Source: a virus
Taxonomy: Duplodnaviria; Caudoviricetes
Direction: 5' to 3' (one strand)
IMG/VR virus record: IMGVR_UViG_3300007171_000004
Location: 128,001 to 192,000 of that record
DNA: 64,000 nt
In this document: positions 49,971-59,408 of the stretch, in pieces
Layout: each line of letters begins with the position of its first letter
Numbering within the stretch: the first letter of the stretch is position 1
Program-made: the position numbers and the translations under genes
Notes under the pieces: generated by a model
Told to the model about the DNA's origin: nothing
Database searches by the model: none
Seen by the model: only the letters and a program-made list of their open reading frames with translations

Positions 49971-50839
49971 TGGCTCAACCCTCATATGCTTCAGCTGTTT
50001 TACTTAATAATCTTGTAATCCAGTTAAATGTGATAAAAAATAGCATTGATTATGTAAATGCTTTGAAAGAATACGCCCTTGCCAGAACCGATACTGATAG
50101 AGGTTTAATTTTAGGTTATGGTTGTGCTATCGTAGATAAGAAAACACAAGCTCAAGTAAATTCTGACATTGTTCTCGCTAAAGCTTTAGTTAGTTATAAT
50201 TCTGGAACTAATTTTACTACAATTAACTCAACTGAATATTATGCAAACTTATTTACACCCTTGAATAACGGTAATGTTTATCAAGATTGTTATGCGGTCG
50301 GAACTGTGTATTTAATTTCATATGAGAGTGGTGGAATTCAATATAGTTTTTATTCAGATTTAGTAAGAGGATCAAATAATAATGGATCGCCTCTCTTGTA
50401 CTCTAAAGACATAAAAATTACAGAGTTGGAAGATTTAATTAATGAAAGAGCTCTTAGCTACGCTCCAATACCTACAGGATATACGAATTTAAAAACTCTT
50501 CCTATTTATTCATTTATAATAGATATAGATTATTACAATGGTGATCTTATTAAATCAATTTATAGCGTAAAATTTTATGATATTAGGAAACAAAGGGGAG
50601 CTTTTGGATTCATTGATGAGGATATGAATGCAAGACTTACTCCATCCATTATCAAAACGGAAAAAAGCTTAAATAATCAGTATACTAAAATGTATGACTC
50701 ATTAATTAAAATTTTAAAACCATGGGTATTTAATGCTAGTTGGAGTCCATCGTTTGCTCAATATTGGCAAAACGCATCTAAACCAATGCCAGTAGAGCTT
50801 AAGAATTTTATATTTACAGAATTAGGTGTAGTAATATAA
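49970..50839 (+). CDS. Hypothetical structural protein (289 aa)
   Basis: TAATG-coupled on both sides within the tail operon. Confidence 0.6.
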   Translation: MAQPSYASAVLLNNLVIQLNVIKNSIDYVNALKEYALARTDTDRGLILGYGCAIVDKKTQAQVNSDIVLAKALVSYNSGTNFTTINSTEYYANLFTPLNNGNVYQDCYAVGTVYLISYESGGIQYSFYSDLVRGSNNNGSPLLYSKDIKITELEDLINERALSYAPIPTGYTNLKTLPIYSFIIDIDYYNGDLIKSIYSVKFYDIRKQRGAFGFIDEDMNARLTPSIIKTEKSLNNQYTKMYDSLIKILKPWVFNASWSPSFAQYWQNASKPMPVELKNFIFTELGVVI

Positions 50840-53226
50840 TGCCAGTTGATATCAAAACAGAAGAAATTATCAAAAACATTACCAAAAGTTTAGCTGAAGT
50901 TTATAAATCATATTCAGAATCTATTGGCGATGAAAACACTGTCAATACATCTATTTTTGAACTAAATAATCTTAGATCTATAGCAGAAGATGGAATACCT
51001 TATTTCGGAGTTATTGAAACAAACCCGCTTGGATTTCAATTTTCATATTCCAGTCTAGATCCACAATATGTTAGCATTACATCTGGGCAAATAGGATATA
51101 AAGGGCAAATTTTAACAATCAATGCTCAAAAAATTGGATTAAGAAAAAGCTTCTCAACGAGCTTCTCAACTTCCCATGTATACGGAATTGTTTTAGGAAT
51201 TTCGCAAGCTGAATTGGATAAAACTAATCAACAATTATTTTCATCAGTTACAGAATTAGCAAATATTGGAGCTACACAAATCAAGGTTAAAGACATTACT
51301 GTAGCATCAAATTTAGGATTTCCACTTCAGGCATATGTTGGATCTGTTTTTGTTGAATTTACAGGAATCAATGGAGAATATCTAACAATTTCTTCAGCTC
51401 TATCACAATCAATTCAATTAGGCACTCCAGTATCTTTTTTATATCAAACAAAAATTACTGCTATTTCAGGACCTGCAGTAACAACAGTATCTTTGAACCC
51501 AGCTGATTTCACATACTTCCCAATAATCCCTAAGACATACATTGAAATTGGAAGAATTTTAGTACAAAATCCACAAAATCCTTATCTTACCAATGTATCT
51601 CAATGCTTAAGAACTGCGGTAGATTATCCTCAATTAACATCTACTAATTCGCTCCTAGGAAATGATGTAGATAGAGGTAAAATCTTAGCTGCTTGCACTA
51701 ACGCTATTCAAGAATTAGATAACGTAAGTCCATCAAGCGTAATTAACTCTGTTATTCAATCACTTATCTCATATACAAATAAAAAAATTACATCAAGCTC
51801 AGTTACATCGACATTTAAAAAATTCTGGAGCGAGCAGCCTTTTAGAGCGACAAACTTATATGGAATTGGAAGTAATTTTTCTGGTGTTGAAAGATTTGAA
51901 TTTGATGATAATTTTAAAAAAGCTTATTTTGAAATTACAAATAATGATTTAGTTCATACATTTGCTATTTTCAGAGGAGACTTATATGATTCAACTAGAG
52001 CTATTATTACAAATTCAATAGTTACAGGACTTACATCAAGCACTAATAATTCACATGTGTATGATTCAAGTTTAGGCACAGGATCTTATGTTTATGGAGT
52101 CTCTGCTGTCACTAATGCTGGAGAGACAAATACAACATCAACTTCAATTATTTGTAAATCAAATACAATAAATTATTTCATAAACGAACTAAACTGGAAT
52201 AATGCCAATAATGCTGTCTTCTATCATGTATATAAAAGATCCTCAAGTAATTCAGTAAATGTAGACTCAAGACTATCTAATCCTTATGAAATTGTTGGCA
52301 CTCCTCAATTTACAAATACTCAAATAGTTCCTACTACTAATTATCTTTTAAGTTCTCAGTATTTAGCTTTGAAGTTCGTGCCAGTCAATAGTAATGCTGG
52401 GTCTAGTAATACACTTTATTGCGGTGGAGTTGATGTAAATTTCTGGAGATCTGGAACTTCTATTGTTAATTCTAATGATGGATTTGATATATACATTTGC
52501 TCAGATAATGCTGGTAATCCAAATAGATCTTCAAAATTATCTTCAACAACTAGAATGCAATATAGAGATTTTCCAACAACAACTTCAATCTCTACAATAG
52601 CCTTCGAAAGTGGTGCAAATCTCACTAAAAATAGCACTTATTGGATTGTTTTAGAATATAATGTCGCCTCTAGTCCAATTAACATTTTTAGATTAGCTTC
52701 TGTATCTACTGGAACTAATTTAGCTAAAACCTCTTCTGATGGTAGTACATGGTCTTCTTTAGCTAATACTGAGATTTATTTCAAGCCAAAAGGGTATTTA
52801 GATTTTGGCAGAACTACGATTTCTAGTGTCAATAAAGGAATTAAATTAACCAAACAAATTTCAAATAAGGCATCAAGATTATCAGTATATGTCCCACCTG
52901 TTGATAATTTAGAAACCACAAGCGATCCAAAATATGATCTTTCTGGAAAGTTAGTGTCTACAGCTTCAACTGACACAAATATTTCAAATGATTTAATTGT
53001 AACAGTGATTGCAAAAAATGGTGAAAATGGTACGCCTAAAACATTGACTGCTACAGTTTCTAAAAATACTCCTAGAAATACAAGAATTTTATTAGGAACA
53101 ACAACAGATTTATTTGATAGAGTTGAAGATGTATATGTATCTCCTGGAAATAATTTAACTACTTATTCTAATGGACTTGTAGATTGGTCTATTTACGATT
53201 TGATTACTATTGAAACGGTTCCATAA
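50839..53226 (+). CDS. Structural protein (795 aa) with FN3/Ig-like and beta-sandwich modules
   Basis: YVYGVSAVTNAGET..LNWN....FYHVYKR; ICSDNAGNP..KNSTYWIVLE module. Confidence 0.6.
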   Translation: MPVDIKTEEIIKNITKSLAEVYKSYSESIGDENTVNTSIFELNNLRSIAEDGIPYFGVIETNPLGFQFSYSSLDPQYVSITSGQIGYKGQILTINAQKIGLRKSFSTSFSTSHVYGIVLGISQAELDKTNQQLFSSVTELANIGATQIKVKDITVASNLGFPLQAYVGSVFVEFTGINGEYLTISSALSQSIQLGTPVSFLYQTKITAISGPAVTTVSLNPADFTYFPIIPKTYIEIGRILVQNPQNPYLTNVSQCLRTAVDYPQLTSTNSLLGNDVDRGKILAACTNAIQELDNVSPSSVINSVIQSLISYTNKKITSSSVTSTFKKFWSEQPFRATNLYGIGSNFSGVERFEFDDNFKKAYFEITNNDLVHTFAIFRGDLYDSTRAIITNSIVTGLTSSTNNSHVYDSSLGTGSYVYGVSAVTNAGETNTTSTSIICKSNTINYFINELNWNNANNAVFYHVYKRSSSNSVNVDSRLSNPYEIVGTPQFTNTQIVPTTNYLLSSQYLALKFVPVNSNAGSSNTLYCGGVDVNFWRSGTSIVNSNDGFDIYICSDNAGNPNRSSKLSSTTRMQYRDFPTTTSISTIAFESGANLTKNSTYWIVLEYNVASSPINIFRLASVSTGTNLAKTSSDGSTWSSLANTEIYFKPKGYLDFGRTTISSVNKGIKLTKQISNKASRLSVYVPPVDNLETTSDPKYDLSGKLVSTASTDTNISNDLIVTVIAKNGENGTPKTLTATVSKNTPRNTRILLGTTTDLFDRVEDVYVSPGNNLTTYSNGLVDWSIYDLITIETVP

Positions 53227-54593
53227 TGCCCTACAATAACGAATATAAAAATATCTATTCAATTTTAGGATTAGAACCTGGCTACAATGATCTTCTTTTT
53301 ATAGTCAAGAATGATGCAGTAGAACCATTTTTTAACTTTAATATAAATCAGATTAATTTTAATTATTGTTTGAGAACTTCTAATATTAGTTTTGAATACG
53401 AACAAAACGCATCTATCTCTCAAAGATTTGCTGGTGAAGGGAATTTTCCAAATAATTTAGCCGTTCAAAAACAAATTCTTAAGGTTTCACTTGAATTTCC
53501 ATTACTAGCTAATTCTTCTGGATATATTGATCATGCATTTTCAGCTCTTTGGGATTTAGCTTGTGAAGGATATCAGGGAACTCCAACTGTAGCTATGTCA
53601 GGCATCAAAAATTCACCTGCTCAAAATCCAGTTACGTTGCCTACAAATTCTAATACAATCTATCTTAAAAATATTGCTGAATTTGCAGACATACCAACAC
53701 CTTTCCAAATAACTATAGCATCTTGGGATAATTCTGAAGGACCTCAAACAACAACAGTAACAGCAATTAATAGAACTGAAAAATTCTTGCAAATCAATCC
53801 TTCTACCGCTGGCGCAAGAACTATAGAAAAAACAGTTATTTATCATGATCCAGTTTCATCGACTAGAAAAGCTACTTTTACCCTAGTTTCATTAAGAGAA
53901 GGTATTATTTCAAATTGTATTGTTGATAATATAACTTTAAATATAAACACTAACGGACCTATCACTGTTAGAGCTGACATTTTTGCATCTAATATTGACA
54001 GAAATTTACAGCCATTAATTAGCGATGATTTAGATACTTTTAGAGAAAATATAAATAAAATTGGCCCTCTAAGACAAGTATCAGGTATAAATACAAAATT
54101 AACATATATTAGCGCAAATAGTGGAAATTTCAATCTGTATCCAAGAATAGATGATAAATTTGTAACAGGATTTCAAGGAACAACAATATCATCATTTCAA
54201 GTACAAGAAATTAATCTTACTTTATCAAATCAAATAGATGAATTGTTTACAAAGCATTCTATACATAATAATTTAGATGCTAGAAAAAGAAATAATATAC
54301 ATCCATTTCTTATGACTTCTAATGGACAAAAATTTGAAGGCAGTATAAAATATTTTTCACCAATATCAGCTTTTACAATGGCAGAGATATTATCAGGCCC
54401 ATCATCTTTAAACGGGGGAGGCATTAGAATTGATACTGGAGATTTTAAAATTAACTTACAAGAATTAGCATGGACCCCTGTAAGATCATTTGGAAGTGTC
54501 TCAGAAAATACAGGAGAAGAGATAAAATTCCAGCTCTTGTCAGAATCTTTTATAATATCTCCTGTATTGGAGTTTTCAAACGATTATTCATGA
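53226..54593 (+). CDS. Tail tube-like protein 1 (455 aa, with inserted domain)
   Basis: Tube-like beta pattern (SNISFEYEQ..KVSLEFPL; VDNITLNI..ITVRADIFA; EINLTLSNQI..FEGSIKY); followed by a small chaperone-like gene. Confidence 0.55.
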   Translation: MPYNNEYKNIYSILGLEPGYNDLLFIVKNDAVEPFFNFNINQINFNYCLRTSNISFEYEQNASISQRFAGEGNFPNNLAVQKQILKVSLEFPLLANSSGYIDHAFSALWDLACEGYQGTPTVAMSGIKNSPAQNPVTLPTNSNTIYLKNIAEFADIPTPFQITIASWDNSEGPQTTTVTAINRTEKFLQINPSTAGARTIEKTVIYHDPVSSTRKATFTLVSLREGIISNCIVDNITLNINTNGPITVRADIFASNIDRNLQPLISDDLDTFRENINKIGPLRQVSGINTKLTYISANSGNFNLYPRIDDKFVTGFQGTTISSFQVQEINLTLSNQIDELFTKHSIHNNLDARKRNNIHPFLMTSNGQKFEGSIKYFSPISAFTMAEILSGPSSLNGGGIRIDTGDFKINLQELAWTPVRSFGSVSENTGEEIKFQLLSESFIISPVLEFSNDYS

Positions 54594-54991
54594 GTATTTT
54601 TATAGATCCTGATCAAACATTCGAAATTACGGTTAGATTTGTCCTAAAAGGAAGCATTAATGATACTTCTTCCGCTATTAAGATCCTAAGGGGCGAAGAA
54701 GAAGATGAAAATCAAATTGAATTAACTTGCGATGTCTCAGGAAGAGATTTTGATACAATGAGCAAAATATTAGAAGAAGCAACTATTATTAACTCTGTGA
54801 CAGGAGCTCCAATGGTCAGAACTTCTATTTTTTGTAAACTTGTAATTCTTAACTTCTTTAGAGCATGGAACCTTAATGACTCAGAAACAAACAAACAAGT
54901 GCCAATCTCCCAAGAAACTGTAGGAAAAATGAGATACGAACTAGTCAGAGAGCTTACATCTAAATGGCTAGACCTAACAAGCGCAAAATGA
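54590..54991 (+). CDS. Tail assembly chaperone-like protein (133 aa)
   Basis: Start moved to ATG 54590 (ATGA overlap); motif FFRAWNL..KQVPIS..VGKM is typical of TAC proteins; follows tube gene. Confidence 0.55.
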   Translation: MSIFIDPDQTFEITVRFVLKGSINDTSSAIKILRGEEEDENQIELTCDVSGRDFDTMSKILEEATIINSVTGAPMVRTSIFCKLVILNFFRAWNLNDSETNKQVPISQETVGKMRYELVRELTSKWLDLTSAK

Positions 54992-56220
54992 TCTACTATC
55001 TAAATCAAGCTTTACAAGACACAAGCACATCAAGAAACAATATCTTTATTCTAGGTATTCCAAAAATTAATAACGGAATCTGGAAATTCTTAAAGCTGTC
55101 TGTAGATACATCAAAGGCAAAAGGTAAAGCTAAATTTAGAAGCTCATATGTTTGGAATTTATTTAACTTTACTAGCCTACTCCCTACAGAATTTGATGAT
55201 GCCACAGAACATATGTATATTAATGACTCTTCTAATTGGCATCCTATTTGGGTAGAAGGTTATAATGATGATGCAGGTTCCGATGTATTTAAGCCTGTAC
55301 CAACCCTCTATACAAGCATTCAATTTAACAGTCCAGCCTACGAACAACAAAAATATTCTGGAAATTTTAAAACTAATCCATTCATTACAATAGATACAGA
55401 AAATCCAGAAACCTTAAACTCAGAAAAAATTTTATATGCTGCATCAATTATTCCAGGATATCCAATAATGACAGCATCTTCCATAAGTAATCACAAATCT
55501 TATGGACCTGTATTCTTTCAAAATATATCCTTCTCAGTAAACGGACAAGAATCTTTAGGCTCCGTTAATATTGAGTGTAATTTCATAGGCGGTAAAATTC
55601 TCATAGATCCAAACCTCTCTATTAGAAAACCAGACATTCAAGAATTTCAACCAGTAACAGATATCTACCAAAATAATAATGATGAATCTAATTTTAATTA
55701 TTTGCCATATAGAAAAGCAAATATTATTGATTGTATGATATCGTTCACTACAGTCAAAACTAAAGAAGATTTACATAGCGCATTAATAAAAAGAATAGAT
55801 TATACAAGTGAACCTGAACTAAAACTTCTCAAAATGTCGTTAAATATATCTCAAAACGTAGAACTTGTATACACAACTCCACAAGATTCTTTACAAAACT
55901 ACTATGGAGATAAAATAGGACCAAAATATGCTGAAATATCCAATAGAAAAGTAACAGGATCTATAACATTTTACTCAACAGAAAGAGAGATTTACCTAAA
56001 CAATACTGGATCTTTAACCATGTATTTTGGAAACGATTTCTTCTTCCCATTTGATGATGTAGAATGGCAAAAACCTAAATTTTCAGCTACAGACAGAGGA
56101 TATGAACACGAATATAATTTTATAGCAAGAGTGGCAAGAAATTCACTAAATACTCCTGACACAAAATACCTGAATTTCCCAGTGTCAGAATTCGCTATTA
56201 ATTATGCAGACCTACTATGA
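54988..56220 (+). CDS. Tail tube-like protein 2 (paralogue)
   Basis: Start at ATG 54988 (ATGA overlap); FQNISFSV..VNIECNFIG and KMSLNISQNV..RKVTGSITFY parallel the pattern in 53226-54593. Confidence 0.5.
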   Translation: MIYYLNQALQDTSTSRNNIFILGIPKINNGIWKFLKLSVDTSKAKGKAKFRSSYVWNLFNFTSLLPTEFDDATEHMYINDSSNWHPIWVEGYNDDAGSDVFKPVPTLYTSIQFNSPAYEQQKYSGNFKTNPFITIDTENPETLNSEKILYAASIIPGYPIMTASSISNHKSYGPVFFQNISFSVNGQESLGSVNIECNFIGGKILIDPNLSIRKPDIQEFQPVTDIYQNNNDESNFNYLPYRKANIIDCMISFTTVKTKEDLHSALIKRIDYTSEPELKLLKMSLNISQNVELVYTTPQDSLQNYYGDKIGPKYAEISNRKVTGSITFYSTEREIYLNNTGSLTMYFGNDFFFPFDDVEWQKPKFSATDRGYEHEYNFIARVARNSLNTPDTKYLNFPVSEFAINYADLL

Positions 56221-56921
56221 CAAAAGAACAAGCCTTAGATAAATTAATAGAAATCTTTTCAAATTTGCCAGAAGAACATAATCAATATGAACTTAAAGCA
56301 AATAAAGATGAATTTATACTAAAAATTCCAATTAATGATTCTTATATTCTTTGCTGCCTAAAAGAATTATCATGGAAAGAATCTATGGAAATTGAAGCTT
56401 TTTCCTTTAGAGAAGATAATGACGGGGATTATTTCTCAGGCGAATATGAAAAAAGAGAAATCCTTAAAAAAACTCTGGTTTGGATATATAGTGTCGATGA
56501 AGCAAGAGTTGAATATAACGATACCTATGGACAACTATTAGCTAAAATTAAATACGATATTATTGATAAAATTTACCAAGAATATTTTAGATATATTAAC
56601 ATTGATGCAAAAGAAGCTAATTATATCTACAATACAGCCCTTAAATACTTCAACGGCACAGCTCAAGAAGATCGACCTGTAATTCCCCTAATAGTAGAAG
56701 TGGATTATATGGCTAAAGGTATCGTTACAATTTCTAGAGACGAATTTGCAAAACTATCAATCTCAGAATTCGAAAAAATACAACTTATTCTTGCAGCCAG
56801 AGCCGATGCACTTAAATTAGCACCTACACAAATAGATACAAGTAAGAATAATGTAAATGTTGGAGGAATTATGGATAACCTACAACAATATATGCAAACA
56901 CTACCTAAAAGAGCTAATTAA
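56217..56921 (+). CDS. Second chaperone-like protein (234 aa)
   Basis: LKELSWKESMEIE and helical body resemble tail assembly chaperones; ATGA overlap. Confidence 0.45.
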   Translation: MTKEQALDKLIEIFSNLPEEHNQYELKANKDEFILKIPINDSYILCCLKELSWKESMEIEAFSFREDNDGDYFSGEYEKREILKKTLVWIYSVDEARVEYNDTYGQLLAKIKYDIIDKIYQEYFRYINIDAKEANYIYNTALKYFNGTAQEDRPVIPLIVEVDYMAKGIVTISRDEFAKLSISEFEKIQLILAARADALKLAPTQIDTSKNNVNVGGIMDNLQQYMQTLPKRAN

Positions 56922-57111
56922 CTTCTAAGCCTAAATCTTTAAGCATTTGAGCAAATTCTTCTTCAGACATATCAACTCCATCTGAAACAACTTTATCAGC
57001 TAAATCTGCAATATTTTCAGCTTTTTCAGGCTCTTCAGTTTCATCTAATAATTCAGAAATTCTTAGTAATCTCTTAGCAATATTAGCAATTAAAATCTTA
57101 TCATTATCCAT
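56914..57111 (-). CDS. Small acidic helical protein (65 aa), candidate internal head protein
   Basis: IAKRLLRISELLDETEEPEKAENIADLAD helical hairpin; TAATG-coupled to 57111-57455. Confidence 0.6.
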   Translation of the reverse strand: MDNDKILIANIAKRLLRISELLDETEEPEKAENIADLADKVVSDGVDMSEEEFAQMLKDLGLEVN

Positions 57112-57455
57112 TAGTGTATAACCTTATCCAAATCATTTCCTTTATGCTTGGATTCCTTAATTAATAACTTATATTTACCAAGAATACTCTGCATACTCTT
57201 TTTAACTTCATCAGAGATTTTACCAGGATCATTAGTGTAAACCATCACACCATTATTAGGTAAAGATTTAGTGACATTGTGAATACCATACATTCCCAAA
57301 TATTCTTCAGAAATCTCATCCGCAAGATCGTCTAATTCATCCCTTAGACCTTCTTCATCTTCTAACCGCTCATACTTATTCTTCTTACGTAAATCAGCTC
57401 TCTTGTTAATCGAGCCATAATATTCATAATCATCACTAGACTTGTGAAACTTCAT
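57111..57455 (-). CDS. Hypothetical protein (114 aa)
   Basis: ATG at 57455 with GAGGA RBS 5 nt upstream, preferred to the track's TTG at 57467. Confidence 0.65.
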   Translation of the reverse strand: MKFHKSSDDYEYYGSINKRADLRKKNKYERLEDEEGLRDELDDLADEISEEYLGMYGIHNVTKSLPNNGVMVYTNDPGKISDEVKKSMQSILGKYKLLIKESKHKGNDLDKVIH

Positions 57456-57467
57456 CCCTATCCTCAA

Positions 57468-57534
57468 AACAAAGGTATTATAATTAAAAGATTCCTAAAA
57501 AATCTTCTTTTAATCCTTTTGTACAAGAACTAAT
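57468..57534. promoter_or_regulatory. Divergent promoter region with TTGTACAA (57519-57526)
   Basis: Gap between divergent genes; same palindrome as at 36853, 8 nt before ATG 57535. Confidence 0.5.
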
Positions 57535-57771
57535 ATGTATACTTTTAAAATCCTATACCCACATGACGAAATTTATGGACCTATTTGCCATAATTATTCT
57601 ACTGCATTTCGAGAAGCTAATAAAGAACTTGGAAAATTAATATCAACAGGTTGGGTTATTGAAGAAGGATCAAATTCTGACGATATAAAAATTCCATATA
57701 ACGTAAAACTAAAAAGAGAAGGTTCTACAGCTAATATTTATATCTGTAAAATCCTTCTCCAAGATGTTTAA
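57535..57771 (+). CDS. Hypothetical protein (78 aa)
   Basis: Fills the gap between the divergent region and the terminator; no competing ORF. Confidence 0.55.
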   Translation: MYTFKILYPHDEIYGPICHNYSTAFREANKELGKLISTGWVIEEGSNSDDIKIPYNVKLKREGSTANIYICKILLQDV

Positions 57772-57803
57772 AAAAATAAGGGGAGAATAAATCTCCCCTT
57801 ATT
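57768..57803 (-). terminator. Rho-independent terminator after the major capsid gene (probably bidirectional)
   Basis: Perfect 12-bp stem AATAAGGGGAGA / TCTCCCCTTATT, 5-nt loop, T-run on the minus strand. Confidence 0.85.
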
Positions 57804-57823
57804 ATTGTCAGCCATACTATGGA

Positions 57824-58678
57824 CTAAGCAACGCTGATTCTTGATACAGCATAATCGTTTACAAGGGCGAAGCCTAATTCTTCATAAACAACCCATCCAA
57901 GTCTGAGTCTCTTTGGATCGTCAGCTGGGAGGACAGTGATGTCTTGTCTGATAGGCATAGCACCAACGAATTGTGCAGGTGCAAGAACGTAGACAGAGTT
58001 CTTAGGAACCATTGTCGAAACGTGGATGTCTGCGGAGTAGATATGACCGTAAAGACCAGTCATAAGGATATCTCTTTGAGTTGCCTCATCGAAGAATTCC
58101 TTGCCCCAGTTTCTGATATCCTTGTATCTTTGTGGGTGAAGAACAACCTTAGCACCAATGAGCTCATGCTCCTCAATGAGGGTAAGAGCAAGGTTGATGT
58201 TCTCTGGTTGAAGAGTACCGGAGACCGAGATCGACTGGTCAGTAGGAACGCCAGCGTTGATGACCTTGAATACTTCGGTATCTTCTTGTCTTTGGAGGGA
58301 GTCCTTAGCACGAACCTGAGCTCTATCAACGATGTAGAATCTTCTAGCTCTAATTTCGTTGAGTCTGATTTGTGGGTGTGCAGCAAGTTCAATTGTTGGA
58401 ACGAGGAGCTCTTCTGCTTCAACTTCAGCCGAAGGAACAGCACCACGCTTAGGGATGACGTAGGACTTGACAGCTACATCTCTCTCGTAGCGAGCAAGAG
58501 CGCCTTGTGGGAGCTCATCAACCATAAGAAGCTTACGGCCAATTGCTTGATACATAAGGGAGGTCTTGATTGGCTCGACCATAGCTTGTGCCAATGCTGT
58601 ACGTCCCTCGGCAGTCTCAAGAGCCATCGCAATGATTTGCTCTCTCTGCTCGTTTACATTTCTCTTAATCATAGACAT
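57824..58678 (-). CDS. Major capsid protein, HK97 fold (284 aa, encapsulin-sized)
   Basis: AAGGAG RBS, elevated GC and codon bias; spine-helix and A-domain pattern (AIGRKLL, LQRQEDTEVF, KVVLHPQRYKDI, GLYGHIYSADIHVSTMVP, YEELGFALVN); order scaffold-decoration-MCP-terminator. Confidence 0.85.
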   Translation of the reverse strand: MSMIKRNVNEQREQIIAMALETAEGRTALAQAMVEPIKTSLMYQAIGRKLLMVDELPQGALARYERDVAVKSYVIPKRGAVPSAEVEAEELLVPTIELAAHPQIRLNEIRARRFYIVDRAQVRAKDSLQRQEDTEVFKVINAGVPTDQSISVSGTLQPENINLALTLIEEHELIGAKVVLHPQRYKDIRNWGKEFFDEATQRDILMTGLYGHIYSADIHVSTMVPKNSVYVLAPAQFVGAMPIRQDITVLPADDPKRLRLGWVVYEELGFALVNDYAVSRISVA

Positions 58679-58712
58679 TTTTAATTTTCTCCTTAATTAC
58701 CTTAGCTCAATA

Positions 58713-59381
58713 TTAGTATGCAGAGATCTGAGTAAAGAAGAGGATGCCAGCAGCTGAATCATAGCTGTCAACACGTCCAACTGCAATACCATGAGCAACA
58801 TTCTGAAGCTTTGTGAGCTTACCAGCGTTAGCACCAGCACCTGGGGTCAAAAGATCACCAGGAGCAGGAGTCCAAGCAGCACCAGCGTCAGTATCGACTG
58901 CGGAAGTCGAGGAAGTAATGACGAACTGGTCAGTTACAAACTGTCCACCTGGGGTATTGAAAACGCCAACGCCTCTGCGTGGGGTCTCAAAGCCAGTAGC
59001 ACCAGCGGTTGGGTTGGTGTTAACAGTAACAGGCTCGTCGATGAAATCGCCGATTGCTCTCTTGGTTACCTTGTACCAGCCGTTGGTATTAGCAACCATA
59101 ACACCGTTTGCATCAGTGTAGGAAGCACCAACTGGATCGTTAAGAAGCATGGTAGCACCAGTTCTTGCACGGTCATCAGACGAGAATCCAACGAACTTAC
59201 CCATTTGGAGGATAAGGGTGTTGAATGGGGTTGTGGTCGAGTTACCTCTGTCTGCCTTGATAACAGTTCCGTCCGACTTGAGCATCAAAGGAGCTCCAGC
59301 GAGGAATTCTGTAGCAGTAGTACCATCAGCATTACATGGGTAGTTGGCAACTACAACTGAATTTAAAGCACGAATAGCCAT
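58713..59381 (-). CDS. Capsid decoration/cement protein (lambda gpD-like beta-tulip)
   Basis: Directly upstream of MCP; AGGAG RBS; FLAGAPL..G and PGDLL..GKLT..AVGRV pattern; high-expression codon bias. Confidence 0.7.
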   Translation of the reverse strand: MAIRALNSVVVANYPCNADGTTATEFLAGAPLMLKSDGTVIKADRGNSTTTPFNTLILQMGKFVGFSSDDRARTGATMLLNDPVGASYTDANGVMVANTNGWYKVTKRAIGDFIDEPVTVNTNPTAGATGFETPRRGVGVFNTPGGQFVTDQFVITSSTSAVDTDAGAAWTPAPGDLLTPGAGANAGKLTKLQNVAHGIAVGRVDSYDSAAGILFFTQISAY

Positions 59382-59408
59382 TATATTTCTCCTATATATT
59401 TACGAGGA

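Noticed and set aside
54964-54991. Programmed -1 frameshift from chaperone 1 into the next ORF
   Set aside because: The -1 frame has a stop at 54961-54963 and no X XXY YYZ heptamer lies in the remaining overlap; ATGA coupling explains it.
57518-57529. TTTGTACAAGAA matches the core of the Gateway attB2 site
   Set aside because: Only 12 bp match, flanks of attB2 are absent and the context is native intergenic DNA, so not vector contamination.
57944-59360. Long plus-strand ORFs (57944-58684, 58791-59360) antisense to the capsid and decoration genes
   Set aside because: Shadow ORFs produced by strong codon bias on the minus strand; no RBS, no recognisable motif.
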